Shown here in pieces: positions 43,350 to 59,278 of a stretch of DNA of 64,000 bases. The notes below the pieces were generated by a model. It was not told the origin of the DNA, searched no databases, and saw nothing but the letters and a program-made list of their open reading frames with translations. Where the stretch lies: assembly GCF_009914755.1 (NCBI RefSeq), contig NC_060945.1; one strand, written 5' to 3'. This stretch comes from the human T2T-CHM13v2.0 reference genome, Homo sapiens. Position numbers and translations under genes: made by a program. Numbering within the stretch: the stretch's first letter is position 1; every line of letters starts with the position of its first letter.

Positions 43350-43965
43350 CGTGGATGCTCATTATTGGCAGATTCCATATTTGCGAGTCTGCTTACTTGC
43401 TAAAATTTATGTCCTCAAAATGAATACCCATGATACTTTTGTAGTCATTCAACGGGTATGTGTAGAGTAGCAAAGAATTTGAGTCACTTGACAAGTCTGT
43501 TCCCTGTCGAACAAAGCAACACTCTGCCTTCTTGTTCCAGCTCTCATACTGTAAACAAGTGTCTTTTTCACTATTTAGTGCCATTTTTTTTTTTTGCATT
43601 TGTGTGCTTTTTCATGGTGCTTTTGCTGTTTCAAATGGCCCCCAAGTGTAGTGCTGCAGGACTGTGTTCTAAGCGCAAGAAGGCTGTGATGTGCCTTTTG
43701 GAGAAGATACCTGTTAGACAAACTTGTTCAGCCATGAGTTCTAGTGCCATTGGCCTTGAGTTCAATGTTAATCAACAGTATGTAGTAAACGTCTTTAAAA
43801 CGAAACACACATAAAACAAGCTCACGGATTGATGGGTTGACATAAGCGTTGTGACCAAAGGCTAACCTAACCCTGTATTTCCCCTAGGAGCGATAATTCA
43901 GGGTTCTCTAAGTCAGTGTTGATGGCAACTTTAAAGAACACAACTACTGCAGATAACAAGAATAG
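43350..43965. mobile_element. Second MER82, inverted relative to the copy at 4687-5336
   Basis: Reverse-complement similarity (cttacttgctaaaattta...gttctaagcgcaagaaggctgtgatgtgcct). Confidence 0.75.
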
Positions 43966-45001
43966 GCTCTATTTGATGCAGGAATTTTGCTTAGTTTTCT
44001 GCTGAGGGTCTTTTTGACATCTTTCTGTAAATCTCCAACTTTTACCTGCAAAAAAGGGGAGTTTGATTCCCACCATTTTTCTTACTCTGCTTGTCTTGTC
44101 TGTCTCCCACCATCCTGCCTCCTCTTCTCATGCACACAAACTTTCATCCTCCACCATCTCCCGTCCACTAGGCAACTATGACATCTGCATGAGCAAGGGG
44201 CCTTCTCTTTGAAAGGAGCCCTTAGAAAAGTACCTTGGCAGAGAATTTGGTGATGTGGCCAGAAAGAGCCAGACTGTACTAGGAGAGCCTGGATGCAGTA
44301 CTCCTGTTACCTTCCAGCCTCAGGAACAGGCAGATTGGATGGGGTTTAGTGAGGCCAAGGAAAGGGATAATTAGTAAGTATAGCAACTCTCCTCTGCAGG
44401 CACCATGACAGCTCAGGAGTTTTCAAATACTCTCCAAATACATTTTAATTACTTTTAAAACACCAGCAAAGGGTCATTCACAAAGCAAAATCACAGGGGA
44501 TTTTAAAGGCGCTGATTTTATAAAGTTAGCAGTTAAATGTTTTAAAAGCTTGTTCCTCTTCCATATATCTTACCAGATCTAAAAATAATATGAAGAAGTT
44601 ATTTATAAATGTGGCTAAGTAAAATGCTAAAGAAATCTCTGTTAACCGCTCTGTTAACCCAAATGGTTTTGGGGTTAAATCTCTGTTCTGGCAAGCATGA
44701 CGCTGTAACAGTGAGTGTCCTCACCTTGTAGCGCTATTCGTACTCCCTTTCCTTTCCTAAAACTGGCACATGGATTGAGAAACTAGAAACCTATGTTTGT
44801 AAAAAATCCAAACATACCTAAAAATAACAAGTTAATGTAACAAATTTGAGGAACTTACCACTCAGATTTAATAGATACTGTATTTTTGCTATATATCTTT
44901 CAGAGCTTTTATTTTAAAGAAAATATTAGGTATAGTTGAAATCCTTTGTACCCCCTCTTATCCTATTCCTTCCCTCAAGAGGTAGCCATATCTAAAGTCA
45001 G

Positions 45002-45425
45002 TGTAATAGTCTGTTCTTGCACTGCCATGAAGAAATACCCAAGACTGGGTAATTTATAAAGAAAAGAAGTTTAATTGGCTTATGGTTCTGCAGGCTGTAT
45101 GGGAAGTGTGGTGCCGGCATTTGCTCGGCTTTTGGGGGAGGCCTCAGGAAACTTACAATCATGGCAGAAGGTGAAGTGGAAGGAGGTGTGTCTTACATGG
45201 CTGGAGCAGAAGGAAGAGAGAAAGTGGGGAGGGGCTATACATTTTTAAACAACCAGATCTCACAGTAACACTCACTATTGCCATGACAACAATTAGGGGG
45301 ATGATCTTAAACCACCAGAAACTGCCCCCATGATCCAGTCACCTCCCACCAGGCCCCTTCTCCAACACTGGAGATTACAATTCAGCATGAGATTTGGGCA
45401 GGGACACAGACCCAAACCATTATCA
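45002..45425 (-). mobile_element. MSTA-type MaLR solo LTR within an old antisense L1 (~44800-46150)
   Basis: TG...CA termini; perfect 5-bp TSD GTCAG (44997-45001, 45426-45430). Confidence 0.9.
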
Positions 45426-46190
45426 GTCAGTGTGTATCATTTATATCCATATTTTATATTTTTGATACATATATATGCAGCTACAACTCATTGTTTTGTG
45501 GATTCTTATTCGTGGTATGCAAGCTTCAGTGATAGGCTTTTGTTTTTCATTTCTTCAGCACTCATTTTGAGATCTATCAGGTGGATGCTTGTTGACGTAG
45601 TTCACTGATTTCTCCTGTCATATAGTATGCCATGTGTGACTGTATCCCAGTTTGTCCACTTGCCTATTCATGGGCATTTCCAATTTGACAGTTTCAAGCA
45701 ATGCTGCCATGGACTTACTGCTAGTTAGCTATCTCCTGGCGCATATATGTGAGTGTGCAAACTGAGAAGAACTGCTGGCTAGAGAAGGGAAGAACTGGTT
45801 TGTTCAGTATTTTCATCTCCGTTATTAACAAATTTCTCTCCAAAGTCATTGCATCAGTTTACACACCCATCAGCAAGGTTTAAGATTTCTGTTTTCAAGT
45901 ACCTCCCACTATGTGGTATTACGTTTTTTAAAGCCTTGCCAGTCTAATAAGTGTCAACAAGTGTCTCTTAAAGTTATATTTTCTCTATTATTAATAAGCA
46001 TGAACTTTCATGGGAACGGTCATTCTGAGTTTTTCTCCCTGTTAATTGCCTGTTTATAATATTTTATAAACATAATAATTTGCTGATTTCCTTCCTGGAT
46101 TGTTTGTCATTTTTCTGACCTAAGAAAACAGAAAAGCAATGCTTGCTATACAAAGTGCAGTTCGGAGAGGGTTTAAGACCACTACCATGA

Positions 46191-46614
<424 letters not shown>

Positions 46615-46749
46615 CTAATATTACGATGCCCTTTATTCTTGATGACAGTCACCATGAGAATCCCAGGCCCTCCAGAAGATCCCTCACCCTTGGCGACCCA
46701 ATCTCCACTCAGCTTCATACCTTCCTTCCTTTGACTCAACTTCCTGTCC

Positions 46750-47950
46750 AATCGTGAAACCTGTTCTCAGGGCCCCTGGAACTCACAGTCATCAGTGGTC
46801 TCTGATCACCTCCACCTCTTCTGTAAACATTTCCTGCTTGTTGCTCCAGTGGAAGCTGGGGCCCCTTGAAGCCTCTGCTTCCCCTGTAGCCCTCTCAGGA
46901 GTGGGTCTTTTCTCTACCACGAGGCCTAGAGGTAAAGCAGGCGTCTTCAGTCCTCTTTGTCCCATCCAGACCATTGCCCAATCTCATGCCATTGGGCTAA
47001 ACCATCGGGGGTTCAGTCATCTGTGGTTCCCCAGGCCACCTCCTGTGTTCCTTGAAGGCTTCAGCTCCCAGCCACTGTTACTCTCTCCAATCCAATCTCA
47101 CGTGACCCTAGGCGACTTAGGTGATCCTTTCCAAAAGCCTGGCCTCCTGGCTACCCAGTCTCCTCCCCACCACCCTGCCATCCATCTAACATTAGTCACC
47201 CACTCCCGGGTTACACCTCAGGCCCTGTCATTGCCAAAAACGACATTATTCAGAGTCCTAATTTCAAACATCCCGCTCTTCCCTCCTAGCTCACTCCCTC
47301 TTATACCCTGGCTCCAATCCCATTCCCTCAACCCTACAGGGCCCCACTTATCCTACTGGCTATCCATTGTCTCTCCTCATGCCCTCACTGCCCTCCTCAC
47401 CCTCCTTAAATTTCAAGTCTACTGCTGCAACCAACTCTCCAGGCCTCTCTTGATGATACTCAGACTCTACCACAGCCTGCACCTATGGGCTGGATGTGCC
47501 TGGGGAAAAGCATATCTCTGCTGACTGGTCTCATGACCACAACCACACAGGGGCCTGTGGTGCTCCTGGGGGCAGCATGGCTCCCCAGACCTCTACCTTC
47601 CCAGGAAACTAGGTCCTTCTTTCCCTTCTCAACCTTCCAGTACCTTTGGGCCCTCATTTTACCTCTGCTAATTGGCTTTGTTCCCTATTTTACTGAAAAA
47701 ATGGAGGAATCAGAAGAAATATTCCACAAATGTTTGAACCACTTCCGCTGTTCTGTGTCTGTGACTGCACCCTCCAGCCCCGCTCCGGGGAATGTTCCTG
47801 ATGCTGCGTCTCATTGAGGTGGGGGTCAGGGGAGGGGTGCTCCCATCTCCTGTGCCCAAGGTCCGGTCCCCTCGGACCTGCTTGGGGGCTTCGCTCCGCA
47901 AACTTCCCCTCACCCTGCTGCATCATCAAAATGGTCATGCAGTTTGATGG
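46750..47950 (+). mobile_element. Degenerate L2 LINE
   Basis: C-rich L2-like sequence; boundaries approximate. Confidence 0.5.
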
Positions 47951-47953
47951 TCA

Positions 47954-48316
<363 letters not shown>

Positions 48317-48654
48317 TCATTTCCTCTCAGTCTCTTTAATGAAATAATGGTTTAACGAAGAGAAGCCAAGCTTTGTCCCGAAAGTGCCCCAACGTCCCCG
48401 GGACTCGCCTGCCTCGCGCTTTGCCCCGCAAAGGGACCTTCCTTGGGGTGCTGTGTGCCCCACAGTGGGTTGACCAAGCTGCCTATGGCAGGGCCCTAAT
48501 GTGAGCACCAGTGTGGTAACTGAAGGAGCAGTTTGGTGGCCTGGAATGGCGTGCTTAGGGCCAACCCAGTCCTTCCTTGCAGATGACCCTCACGCTGGCT
48601 GGTTTTCTTCCAAATTGGTGCCAATCTAATGATATTTCCATGCTCAAAATTATG

Positions 48655-48945
48655 TCAATGGGGAGAATGGGGAGACATTGGTCAAAGTACACAAAACTTT
48701 AGTTAGACAGAAGGAGGAAGCTCAAGAGACCTGTCATACAGCATGGTGACTAGAGTCAATATATTGTATATTGAAAATTGCAAAGAGAGTAGATGTTAAG
48801 TGTTCTCACCATAAAAAGTATGGGGAGTTATGTATGTGTTAAATAGCTTGATTTAGCCATTCCACGATATACACATGTATCAGAACATCAGGTTGTATAC
48901 CATACATATATACAATTTGTACTTGTCAATTGAGAAATTAAAATG
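48655..48945 (+). mobile_element. L1MA 3'-end fragment
   Basis: ggtcaaagtac...agcatggtgacta...aagagagtagat..aagtgttctcacca...tttagccattccac. Confidence 0.8.
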
Positions 48946-49308
48946 TATATATACATCTCAACCCAAGCCTTCCTGTCTGAGCACTGTTGCGTGCTTGTGG
49001 CTGTGTTGTTCTCCCACTTCCTGAGCTGATTCTCTTCAGGTAAATGAATCAGTGTGGGTAGATCCATTTCATTTTGCCTCCTAGGCCTATCTGAACTGCT
49101 GCGAGGACTGGTTCTGACGTAGGAGCTGCTTTTGTGTTGAATTGGGTTTGTGGCAATGGTGACAGTCAGATGCTGTGGGGGGTGAGGCCACCCTGAGCTG
49201 GGGGAGGGTGTGGGGCACTAGTTGTCCACCCGTGTTCCATGTTACCATATGAAAAAAGTAGCTTACAGAGCATGTCAGTACAGCCTGTTCTCTTCTTAAA
49301 AGAAAACT

Positions 49309-49607
49309 GGCAGGGCATATTGGCTCACGCCTCTAATTCCAGCATTTTGGGAGGCTGAGGCGGGTGGATCACCTGAGATCAGGAGTCTGTGACCAGCCTG
49401 GCCAACATGGTGAAGCCCTGTCTCTACTAAAAATACAAAAATTAGCTGGGCGTGGTGGCACACGCCTGTAATCCCAGCTACTCAGGAGGCGGAGGCATGA
49501 GAATTGCTCGAACCCAGAGAGGCGGAGGTTGCAGTGAGCCGAGATCACGCCACTGCACTCCAGCCTGGGCAGCAAGAGCAAAACTCTATCTCAAAAGAAA
49601 AGAAAAT
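49309..49607 (+). mobile_element. AluS element
   Basis: Full dimer; TSD aaaagaaaa(c/t)t. Confidence 0.93.
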
Positions 49608-49849
49608 TATCTGGGAAAAAAGACTTAAATGCTGAGCACCAACATATGAGCTGTTGTTATCTCTGAGTGTGATGACGAGGACTTTATTTTCTTCTTTTTA
49701 ACTCCAATTCCTAATTTTTAAAACCAAGGATGCTGTGTTAAAAAACCCGTTAGAAAAATTACCAGTAACAATCAAGAAAGACAGGACTAGCAAAATAATA
49801 TAAGAAACAACCTAAAGGGTAATCACAGCAAACTTCCCTAGGTTGTTAA

Positions 49850-50352
49850 ACATGAGAGAAATGCCAGGCTTTTATTTAGAGAAAGCCAATTTGATTTGGA
49901 AGATCATCAACCTGGTTTGCGAAGTCATTGTCCCTGGGGCCTTATTATGTTCTTTCTGTTCTTAGAAGAGACCTGACCTGAGAGATTCTCAGCAAAGCAC
50001 AACTAATAATAGAATTAAAATGATAACAGTTTGGATTATTTAGCCTAACAGAAAATGATGGCTTAAAAATGGTCTTTAAGTTAGTCAAGAGGTTTTAGGT
50101 GAAGACACTGATCAATTGTTAGCCATTTTCATAGGGGACAGAACAAGAAGAAATGGCCCTAAATTCATAAAGAGAGAGCTTAAGAGTGATCCCTGCCAGG
50201 GAGGCTGATGAAACACTGGCTATTGATGAACACTGGGCTCCCTCAGTCTAGGAGGACTCAAAAGAGGAAACACCATCTGTCATAGAAGATCTAGGGGATA
50301 TTTTCCTGAGGCAGGCTGGCCAGAAGCTTCCTTCAAGTTCCAATCCTATGAT
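49850..50352 (+). mobile_element. L3/CR1 3' fragment
   Basis: tttagccta...gggacagaacaagaagaaatggcc...gaaacactgg...ttccaatcctatgat. Confidence 0.55.
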
Positions 50353-50558
50353 ATCTTCATGAAGGTGTAAACATACCTAATCCATTCCTGAATGACCTGT
50401 CCTGGAACTCAGTGTCTGTTTTTGGCCAGGCCCAGTCCTAGGAGAGCTGGTGGCCATCTGTGTAATTGGAGGGCTGCCAAAATACCATTTCTACTGCCGG
50501 GCCATGTCTGAGATCCTACCGGGCAACAGTCACTTTTTGGTCATCAAGTACCTGATGG

Positions 50559-50879
<321 letters not shown>

Positions 50880-51248
50880 TCCCGATGAGGTGTGAGTAAT
50901 GCACTTATGGTTTTCTTTTTTTTTTTTTATGTTCAGAGAGGAATGTTTGGGGATTTTGAGATAACTAGTTTAGAATTTTGTCTCTTGAGGAATTATTAAG
51001 AAAAATTATCCAAAACTTAGAACTAAGGCAAAGTGGAAAGGGGCATGTCCTCTCAATGTTGTGCTGGGACACTGTGTGACAGGCTGAGCCAGGAGTTGTT
51101 TTGAGGGAGAATATACCTGTGTTTAACTTTACCGTTTACTAGGTGATAAGCCCAAACACAGTGAAGTCACACGTAACTTGTCAATTTCTGTTTCCAAGAA
51201 AAGATAACCAGAAAGGTTGTAGTCTTATTCCTGTGTAGGACATTAACC

Positions 51249-51252
<4 letters not shown>

Positions 51253-51286
<34 letters not shown>
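51253..51286. repeat. (TG)n microsatellite in an Alu tail
   Basis: About 17 perfect TG units. Confidence 0.97.
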
Positions 51287-51287
<1 letters not shown>

Positions 51288-51299
51288 ACGCCTGTTTGA

Positions 51300-51613
51300 A
51301 TCATGGCTTTGCTCTATCACCCAGGCTGGAGTGCAGTGGTGCAATCATAGTTCACTCCAGCCTTGACCTCCCAGGCTCAAGTGATTGTCACCACTCAGCA
51401 TCCCAAGTAGTTAGGGCCCAAGGCTGCTTGCCACCTACACCCAGCTAATTTTTGTTGTTGTTGTTGTTTTTTTTTGTTTTTGTTTTTGTTTTCGGTAGAG
51501 ACGGGGTTTTCCCATGCTTCCCAGGCTGGTCTTGAACTCCCAGGCTTAAGTGATCCACCCACGTCAGCCTCCCAAAGTGCTGGGATTACAGATGTGAGCC
51601 ACCGTGCCTGGCC
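51300..51613 (-). mobile_element. AluJ element
   Basis: Antisense dimer. Confidence 0.9.
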
Positions 51614-52053
51614 CGGTTTTGTATCTAACCTAGCAGTCCTTCTCGCATTCTGTTTTGTTCTTAAATGCTGATGAATTCCACAAATGCTCTTTGATTCCTC
51701 TTTACTATCCTCTTGGCTTGCTCATTAATGAGTTCAATGTTCATTTTATATTTGTGTGAGAGTCATGTGTTTAGATTTTGAAACTCAGTACTTTGACAGG
51801 AAGGAGAGGAGACATTAGGGCAATAACTTTAAGAGTGTGACATTGATTCTCCTCTGCCTAAGATGAATATATGGTCATTCCTTGAAGCAGGAAGATGAAT
51901 CAGTTCTCAGGTGACCCATGAATAGTTAATCCCTTGGTGAGCAAGAGCTAATTGGATTTTTTTTCCAACCTTAACAGCTAACTAAGCAAGGTCTGCCTGG
52001 TGGGTTGTGGGTGAAGCCACCCTGGGAAGCCAGGGTGGGAAAGAGGGAATTCT

Positions 52054-52380
<327 letters not shown>

Positions 52381-52830
52381 TGACTGGGGTTCTGAAACAA
52401 GAGCCCTGGTGGATGCCAGGGTCGAACTGGAGAATCAGATTTCAGAGGGGAAGGAATTCAGGGAGAGACAAGTTCTGGTGTGGTTGCGGGAGAAGGTGGC
52501 TGAAGTGGGACGGGAAGCTCATTGGAGCAGAGGAGTTAAGGCAGAGAGTGGCTGGGAGTCAAAGGAGCCGCCTGTGGCGGTGCTGAGCTCCTCCCTGATG
52601 GTGACAGGCCCTGGGGTGGCAACGATAGCACCTGCTCTGGGCTGTCTGGAGGGAAGTGGAGTGCCTGGGGGAGACCCAGACCCCAGGCATGGCCACAGGG
52701 TGGAGGGGCCCTGGGAGGGAAAAGGGTGGCAGCGAAAGTCTCTTTTAAACGGAATGGGGGGAAGGAGTGCAGGATAGCGGGGGTTCATGTTGCAGATCTA
52801 TACAGGGAATGAGGGTCTAGGAGAGAGCTG

Positions 52831-53142
52831 TTTTTTTGTTTTGTTTTGTTTTTTGTTTTCTTGAGACAAGGACTCTGTTGCCCAGGCTGGAGTACAGTGG
52901 CAGGTTCACAGCTCACTGCAGCCTCAACCTCCTGGGTTCAAGTGATCCTCCCACCTCAGCCTCCCAAGCAGCTGGGACTACAGGCACCCGCCATCACGCC
53001 TGGCTGATTTTAAAATTTTTTTGTAGAAACGGGGTTTCACCACGTTGCCCAAGTTGGTCTTGAACTCCTGGGATCAAGCCATCCCGCCCACCTCGGCCTT
53101 CCAAAGTGCTGGGAGTACAGGCGTGAGGCACCGCGCCAGGCC
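52831..53142 (-). mobile_element. AluJ element
   Basis: Antisense dimer with (TTTTG) tail. Confidence 0.92.
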
Positions 53143-54516
53143 AGGGCCAATATTTTGGACCAAGCCAAACGATTTCTAGGATGAGAGGCATGAATGGAGG
53201 AGGCCGTGAGAGACCCATCCATCCACCGTGAAAATTATCTGGTGACATCACCAGAGGGTCTGGGTGCCTGAGTGAGGTCGCAGCCTACGCCGCCCAAGCC
53301 CAAAGGCACAGGGAGGGCAACCTCAGACACCCGCTTGTAGGGCAGGGACATCTCCTGTTAGGCTTTCCTCGGGAAGAAAAAAGGGAGGAAGTGGCCTCCC
53401 CTGCCTCACCCGCCCGCCGCTGGTGAAAGCTCGGGGCAGCTGACCCACCTGCCCAAGCCATAGAATGCAACAGCGGTGCCTGCAGCTTCTGTGCCTGCGG
53501 GGCTTATCTTGCTGGTGGTCGACGATCTGCAGATGGTTTAACTCCACTCCTGTCTCCCGCCCTGGGGCTGCCAATCTGTCCAAAACTCAGCTGCCTGCTG
53601 GTCTGCACTGCGGAGGGCTTGGGGCCCCCACTCGAGGGGCCTGAGCTTCTCAGAGGCGTCTCCTGAATAAAACAAAACGCCGTGTGCTGCGCGCTTTGTG
53701 TGGGGGCTGCTTCACTCTGTGTCTCTCGATCACAGCTGCAAATTCCAGTTTTATCTGTTGTGTTTTTGAGCCTGTTTGCTTTTGATTACAGTTTGGTTTT
53801 GAAAGAGAAGAGGCACACACTATCCAGCTCCCTTTCTTCTCTCTCAGATGGAGCAATAGAGCTTTTTTATAGTGGAATCGGTTTTTTCCATTATTGCGCA
53901 TTTAATTTTATTATTCTACCGCCTTGCATTTTGAATTGCATAGGGGAAGAAACACATAAAAGAATACTCCCCCGCCCTGCCCCCCTAGTTGATTGTCGAA
54001 AAAAAAAAGATGTAGCATGATGATTTTTTGCCTGTGACCAACAGAATTACATTTTACGTTTGAAAGAACTCTCCGTGTGAACGCTGTCAACACAACAGAT
54101 ACGGATACAAGATTCAAAGTACGGTCAACCCCTCACATCACACGCGAAGTCCATTTCCTCCATTGCTGATGGTTCTCTCCAAGGCCGCAGTGTGCCGCAG
54201 AGCACGGTCGCTTGGGCTTCCGAAAAGAAGCTGAGTACAGTATTCATTTTGCGCATCTGCCTTTCTATTCAAACCAACTGAAAACATCGTTTAATTCCAG
54301 GTGCTCTGGTCTAGCTTTCGTTACAGCCACTGTGGCTCCCAGTTACTTCTTCATCACCCTGGTCTTTGTTTTCTTGCTCTGGAAAGAGGACAAGGAAAAC
54401 CTCGGTCTTTGGAATGAAGTGTGTCCCTTACTTGCTCAAACAGGCTTGCAAAAGATCTGGTTGCATTTTACATGAAGCCTTGTTACATGTTGTAAAGTTT
54501 TCGTTCTTAGGTCTGA

Positions 54517-54849
<333 letters not shown>

Positions 54850-55124
54850 ACCATTTTCTACTGTGTTTTCTTACCACAGAGCTGGGCTGAGTAGGTATTT
54901 AAATAAGGGGCTAATGCCTCTATTGTTATTTCTAGTAAGGAAAATGGAATCACAGGAGAGGGCACGTGCCTTGCCCGAAATCCCCAGAATTTAGGGGAAG
55001 GGCTTTGATGACATCCTGTTGCTTCTGTTTCAATTTGTACAAATAAAAGAGAAGCAACCGTATCTAATCTGTAAGATAGTTTTTTTTATTTTTATTTTTT
55101 TATTTTTTAAAAAGGGAGGCAGAT

Positions 55125-55434
<310 letters not shown>

Positions 55435-58400
55435 TTAGATTTAGGATAAGAACGAAGACTGATCTGCTTCCTGCTGACAGAGGGTGCCATTTTGGGGAAA
55501 CGGCAATCAGAGCTCCCTCAGAGGCCTACGTAAGGGTCCCTGGCAGAAGGGGCTATTGTCAGAGGTTCTGGTTGCATGACCGCTTGGAGTTTGATGGCCT
55601 GAAGGCAAGAACAGACAAATGGGGTTATTAGAAAACATGTGTCAATACGAAACAAGTGCAGGGGTAAGGACAACTCAGAAATTCCGAGGCATTTTACCAG
55701 TTTGCACAGGGAGAGGGAGGCCAAAAGCCTAACTAACTGGTTAAAAAAACTTTACCCTTTTGCCGGCATGTTGGGCTTCTGGGTTTCCTTCCCCTGAACC
55801 CAGTCCTAAGCCAACCAGTTTAAGGTTTGGGAAATTAACTCTTTCCAGTTTGGAGGATGCATCTGAGGGGAGGGTCCCATAGTACAGAGACACAATTACC
55901 TATCAGTGAAGAGAGGACAGAGGAAAAGAAAGGAAAAAGAGAAGGCATTTTTTCAAAGGAGTCCCAGGGATTCAGGATGCATTCTAAAGGGGCACAGACT
56001 GAAGATGAAGGGCTACTCATCTAGAAAGAGAGGAGCAGGTATCCCTGGCTCCCTTCTCTTCCTAACAGATACCTGGGGTACTTGAGGGAGAAGGGGAAGA
56101 GCATCCTCTTTCCCTCTTCCATCCTTGCATTCCTCGAGTCCCGGTGACCTTGGCAGGTCCTGCCATGAGTGCTAAAGCGACTTGCACCCATGAAGCAGGG
56201 AGGGCCTAGAGAATAGAAACTATCTGCTCTCACCTATGTCTCTTTCCGACCTGCTGTCAGTAGCCTTGGAGTTCCCTGGACCTCATTTATGCCATGGATA
56301 TTAAGGTGGCCTTTATCCATGAAACAGGAAGCTTGGGCTTGGCTTAATCAGCAGGAATCAACCACCCTCACCTGCGCGGTGCCTTTTAACTTCTGTTTTT
56401 GTCTGCATCTGGATCTCTTAGATCCAGTTTTCTTTCATAGGGCTTTGACCCAAAGCTTGGAATTGAGTTTAGGATAAAAATATGTCTCTGGGGGGTTGCA
56501 TGGACTCCTTATCATAAGCTGAATGCTAAGGTGAAGATGTGGAACTGAGTCCTCCAACAAGAGAGAAGAAAGGATGTCTTGTGACACACCCAGATAACCG
56601 GTAGCTATAGTTATGCTTTCTGGGATTTGGCTGCATGCCACTTGGCTTTGGTTAGCTACCTTGGTTTTACTTTCCCCCCAAAAAGCCTCTGGGTGATGGA
56701 CATCCTATTTATTCCCATCACCTGGCAGGATTTGCAGGATAACTGCTCAGAACTAGAATATTGATCCAGATTTTTACATTTCCCATCCCTCTTGTTCTTT
56801 CTGAGCTGCAGCTGGAGATTGCTGGTTGGTTCACAGGAAGAAGCAGGGTTAGTCTAAAATGTAGGCAAAAACTTAAAAACAACTAGTGAGTTTAGAATTT
56901 AATGACAAATATAAGCTTGGAAACATGATTTCTCTCTCTCCAGTCCTCATGTTTGTTAAAAAAACAAATGATCATAGGACTGAATGGTTCGCAAAATAAA
57001 CTTTAGTCTTATTCTTGGCTTGATTATTTGGATAAAGTGCAGCAAGAATAATTATTTCTACATAGGCCTTTTGGATTGGCTTTGATGGAAGTTTGTTCCA
57101 CAAGAAGTCTCAGATAAGACCTTCTAAAGCTGAGCCCAACCATGGGTTTGTATCCTCAAACACCTGTGAGTTGGATGATTTTCTCCTCTTAAGGTCCCAA
57201 GATAAACTTGGAGCTCCTAGACCTGTTAGACCTGTTAGAAAGTGACATTCCACAGGTCAGGAACCCTGTACAGGGACTGCACAGACGAGCGTATGAGGTC
57301 AGTTTCCCCCATGGGGCTTTTATCGGCTCTGCGAATCGAGATTGACTCCTTAAAGGGAAGCATACCCTTCCAGTCAAAGCCTTGGTAAAATAATCACTTT
57401 CTCCAATTGTGTCCTGTTGCAAAAGAAAAATGGATTCCTATTGCACTGATGCAAACAACTATATTGCCATAAGAATACTCATAGATAGTTTCCAAATTCT
57501 AGAGGAACCAGGCAGAGAGAAACAAACATGCTCCACGTTTTCGTTCATAGGAGTATACCTTACTCAATTACTAAAGGCCATAATAGTTCAAAACAAGTTT
57601 CCTTGACTATGAAAAACAAAACAAGGATCAACAATATTCCAAGAAAAAGTCAAAAAGTTTACTTCAGCTTCGTGAGCTCAGCTTATTTAGTTAACTCCAG
57701 TTTTGTTTGATATTTGTGAACATTTCTGCTTTTTGTGAGTCCTGTACATTTTCCTTTATTCCAGTGTCACAGTCTCCAAAGTTATCAAACCTGATTGTCT
57801 CAAATACAATCAGAAATTGTATCTGAAAGCACCTGTCAGAGTCTTATACCCTGTTATAAACCATCTTTTGAAAAGGATTAAAACAAGACAACAATTGTCT
57901 ATGAACAGCAGAATGTCCAGAGTAGTTACAGTTAGAAACACAATTGACAAAGAAGTTTGGTTATCTCTGTGGTTTACAATAACTTAACATAAAAACCTTA
58001 ATTATGGTTGATAGCATATACTCAGACATTAGAATTTTAGAAATCCTGTACAATTTTGGAACATATATTAGCATTATTCACCAAGATATAACCTAAAGAA
58101 GATTGAGCATCATTTTGGCAATCCCATGTACCTAAACATGTCAAATAATCCTGTTTACTTCTCTTTTCTGGACACTCCAGGGGCCCTCTGAAGTATTCAA
58201 AAAGCAAGATGTCAGGAAAGACAATTTTGAAACTGAAGTTTGATTTTGGGAAGGCTAGTAAATGTTTGAGGTTTAAAACATTTGCTATTATGAAATAGAG
58301 TTCCAGATTACTATAAGTTATTTATTTTGCCAAAGTGATGACTTAGAAATTTAAAGAAACAAAAAGCTTTTATAAACCTTTATAAACTTTGCCAAAGAGC

Positions 58401-58977
58401 AGATTAGTATTTTAAGAATTCCTTGTTGTGTTTTTATTTCAATACTCAATTTACAGAAAAACCATATGTTTGAAATGTTTGTTCCCTGGTGCCGTAAAGA
58501 AAGAGCACTTGAACATAAATTTAATTTTCTCAGCAAGGCCATTTTTATATTTTTGGCAGAAAAGTTACACTTGCCAGCAGTTTTGCCATGAGAGTATATC
58601 GAACAAAGGAGACAGGGTCATTTATAACCTGACGCGTCCACCCTACTGCTGTGTCTGGTTTTCATTGGCAGGAACGGGACCTTACGTTTTGTATTTGTCC
58701 TGATTGGCCAGCAACTTAGAACTTTTTAAAAGAGGCAAAGACAGAGGAGAATAAAGGAAGGAAGAAGTAACTTGTGGAATGCTGAGAAAGGTAAAAACAC
58801 CTTTAAATAAAGAAGAGGAACAGGCTATGACCTAATGCTTGCTTGGACCAGTATAAGCATGCCAAGGCAAATATTTAGGCTAAACTGTGGGACCTAAGAA
58901 TATGAAGTATATTGACTTTTTTATTACGGCTAGCAGCTATTTAAGAATGTTAGCACAGGTCTTTGAATAAATTTTGA

Positions 58978-59278
58978 TTTTTTTTTTTTCTTTTTTAGAC
59001 GGAGTCTTGCTCTGTCACCCAGCCTGGAGTGCAGTGGCGCAGTCTTGGCCCACTGCAAGCTCTGCCTCCCAGATTCATGCCATTCTCCTGCCTCAGCCTC
59101 CTGAGTAGCTGGGACTACAGGTACCCGCCACCACGCCTGGCTAATTTTTTGTATGTTTTTAGTAGTGACAGGGTTTCACCATGTTAACCAGGATGGTCTC
59201 AATCTCCTGATCTCGTGATCCACCTGCCTTGGCCTCCCAAAGTGCTGGGATTACAGGCGTGAGCCACCGTGCCCGGCC
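58978..59278 (-). mobile_element. AluY inserted in the ERV internal region
   Basis: AluY diagnostics; TSD taaattttg. Confidence 0.93.

Noticed and set aside
46754-47524. 256-aa ORF
   Set aside because: Non-ATG start, low-complexity L/S/P composition and overlap with C-rich degenerate L2-like sequence; no recognisable domain.
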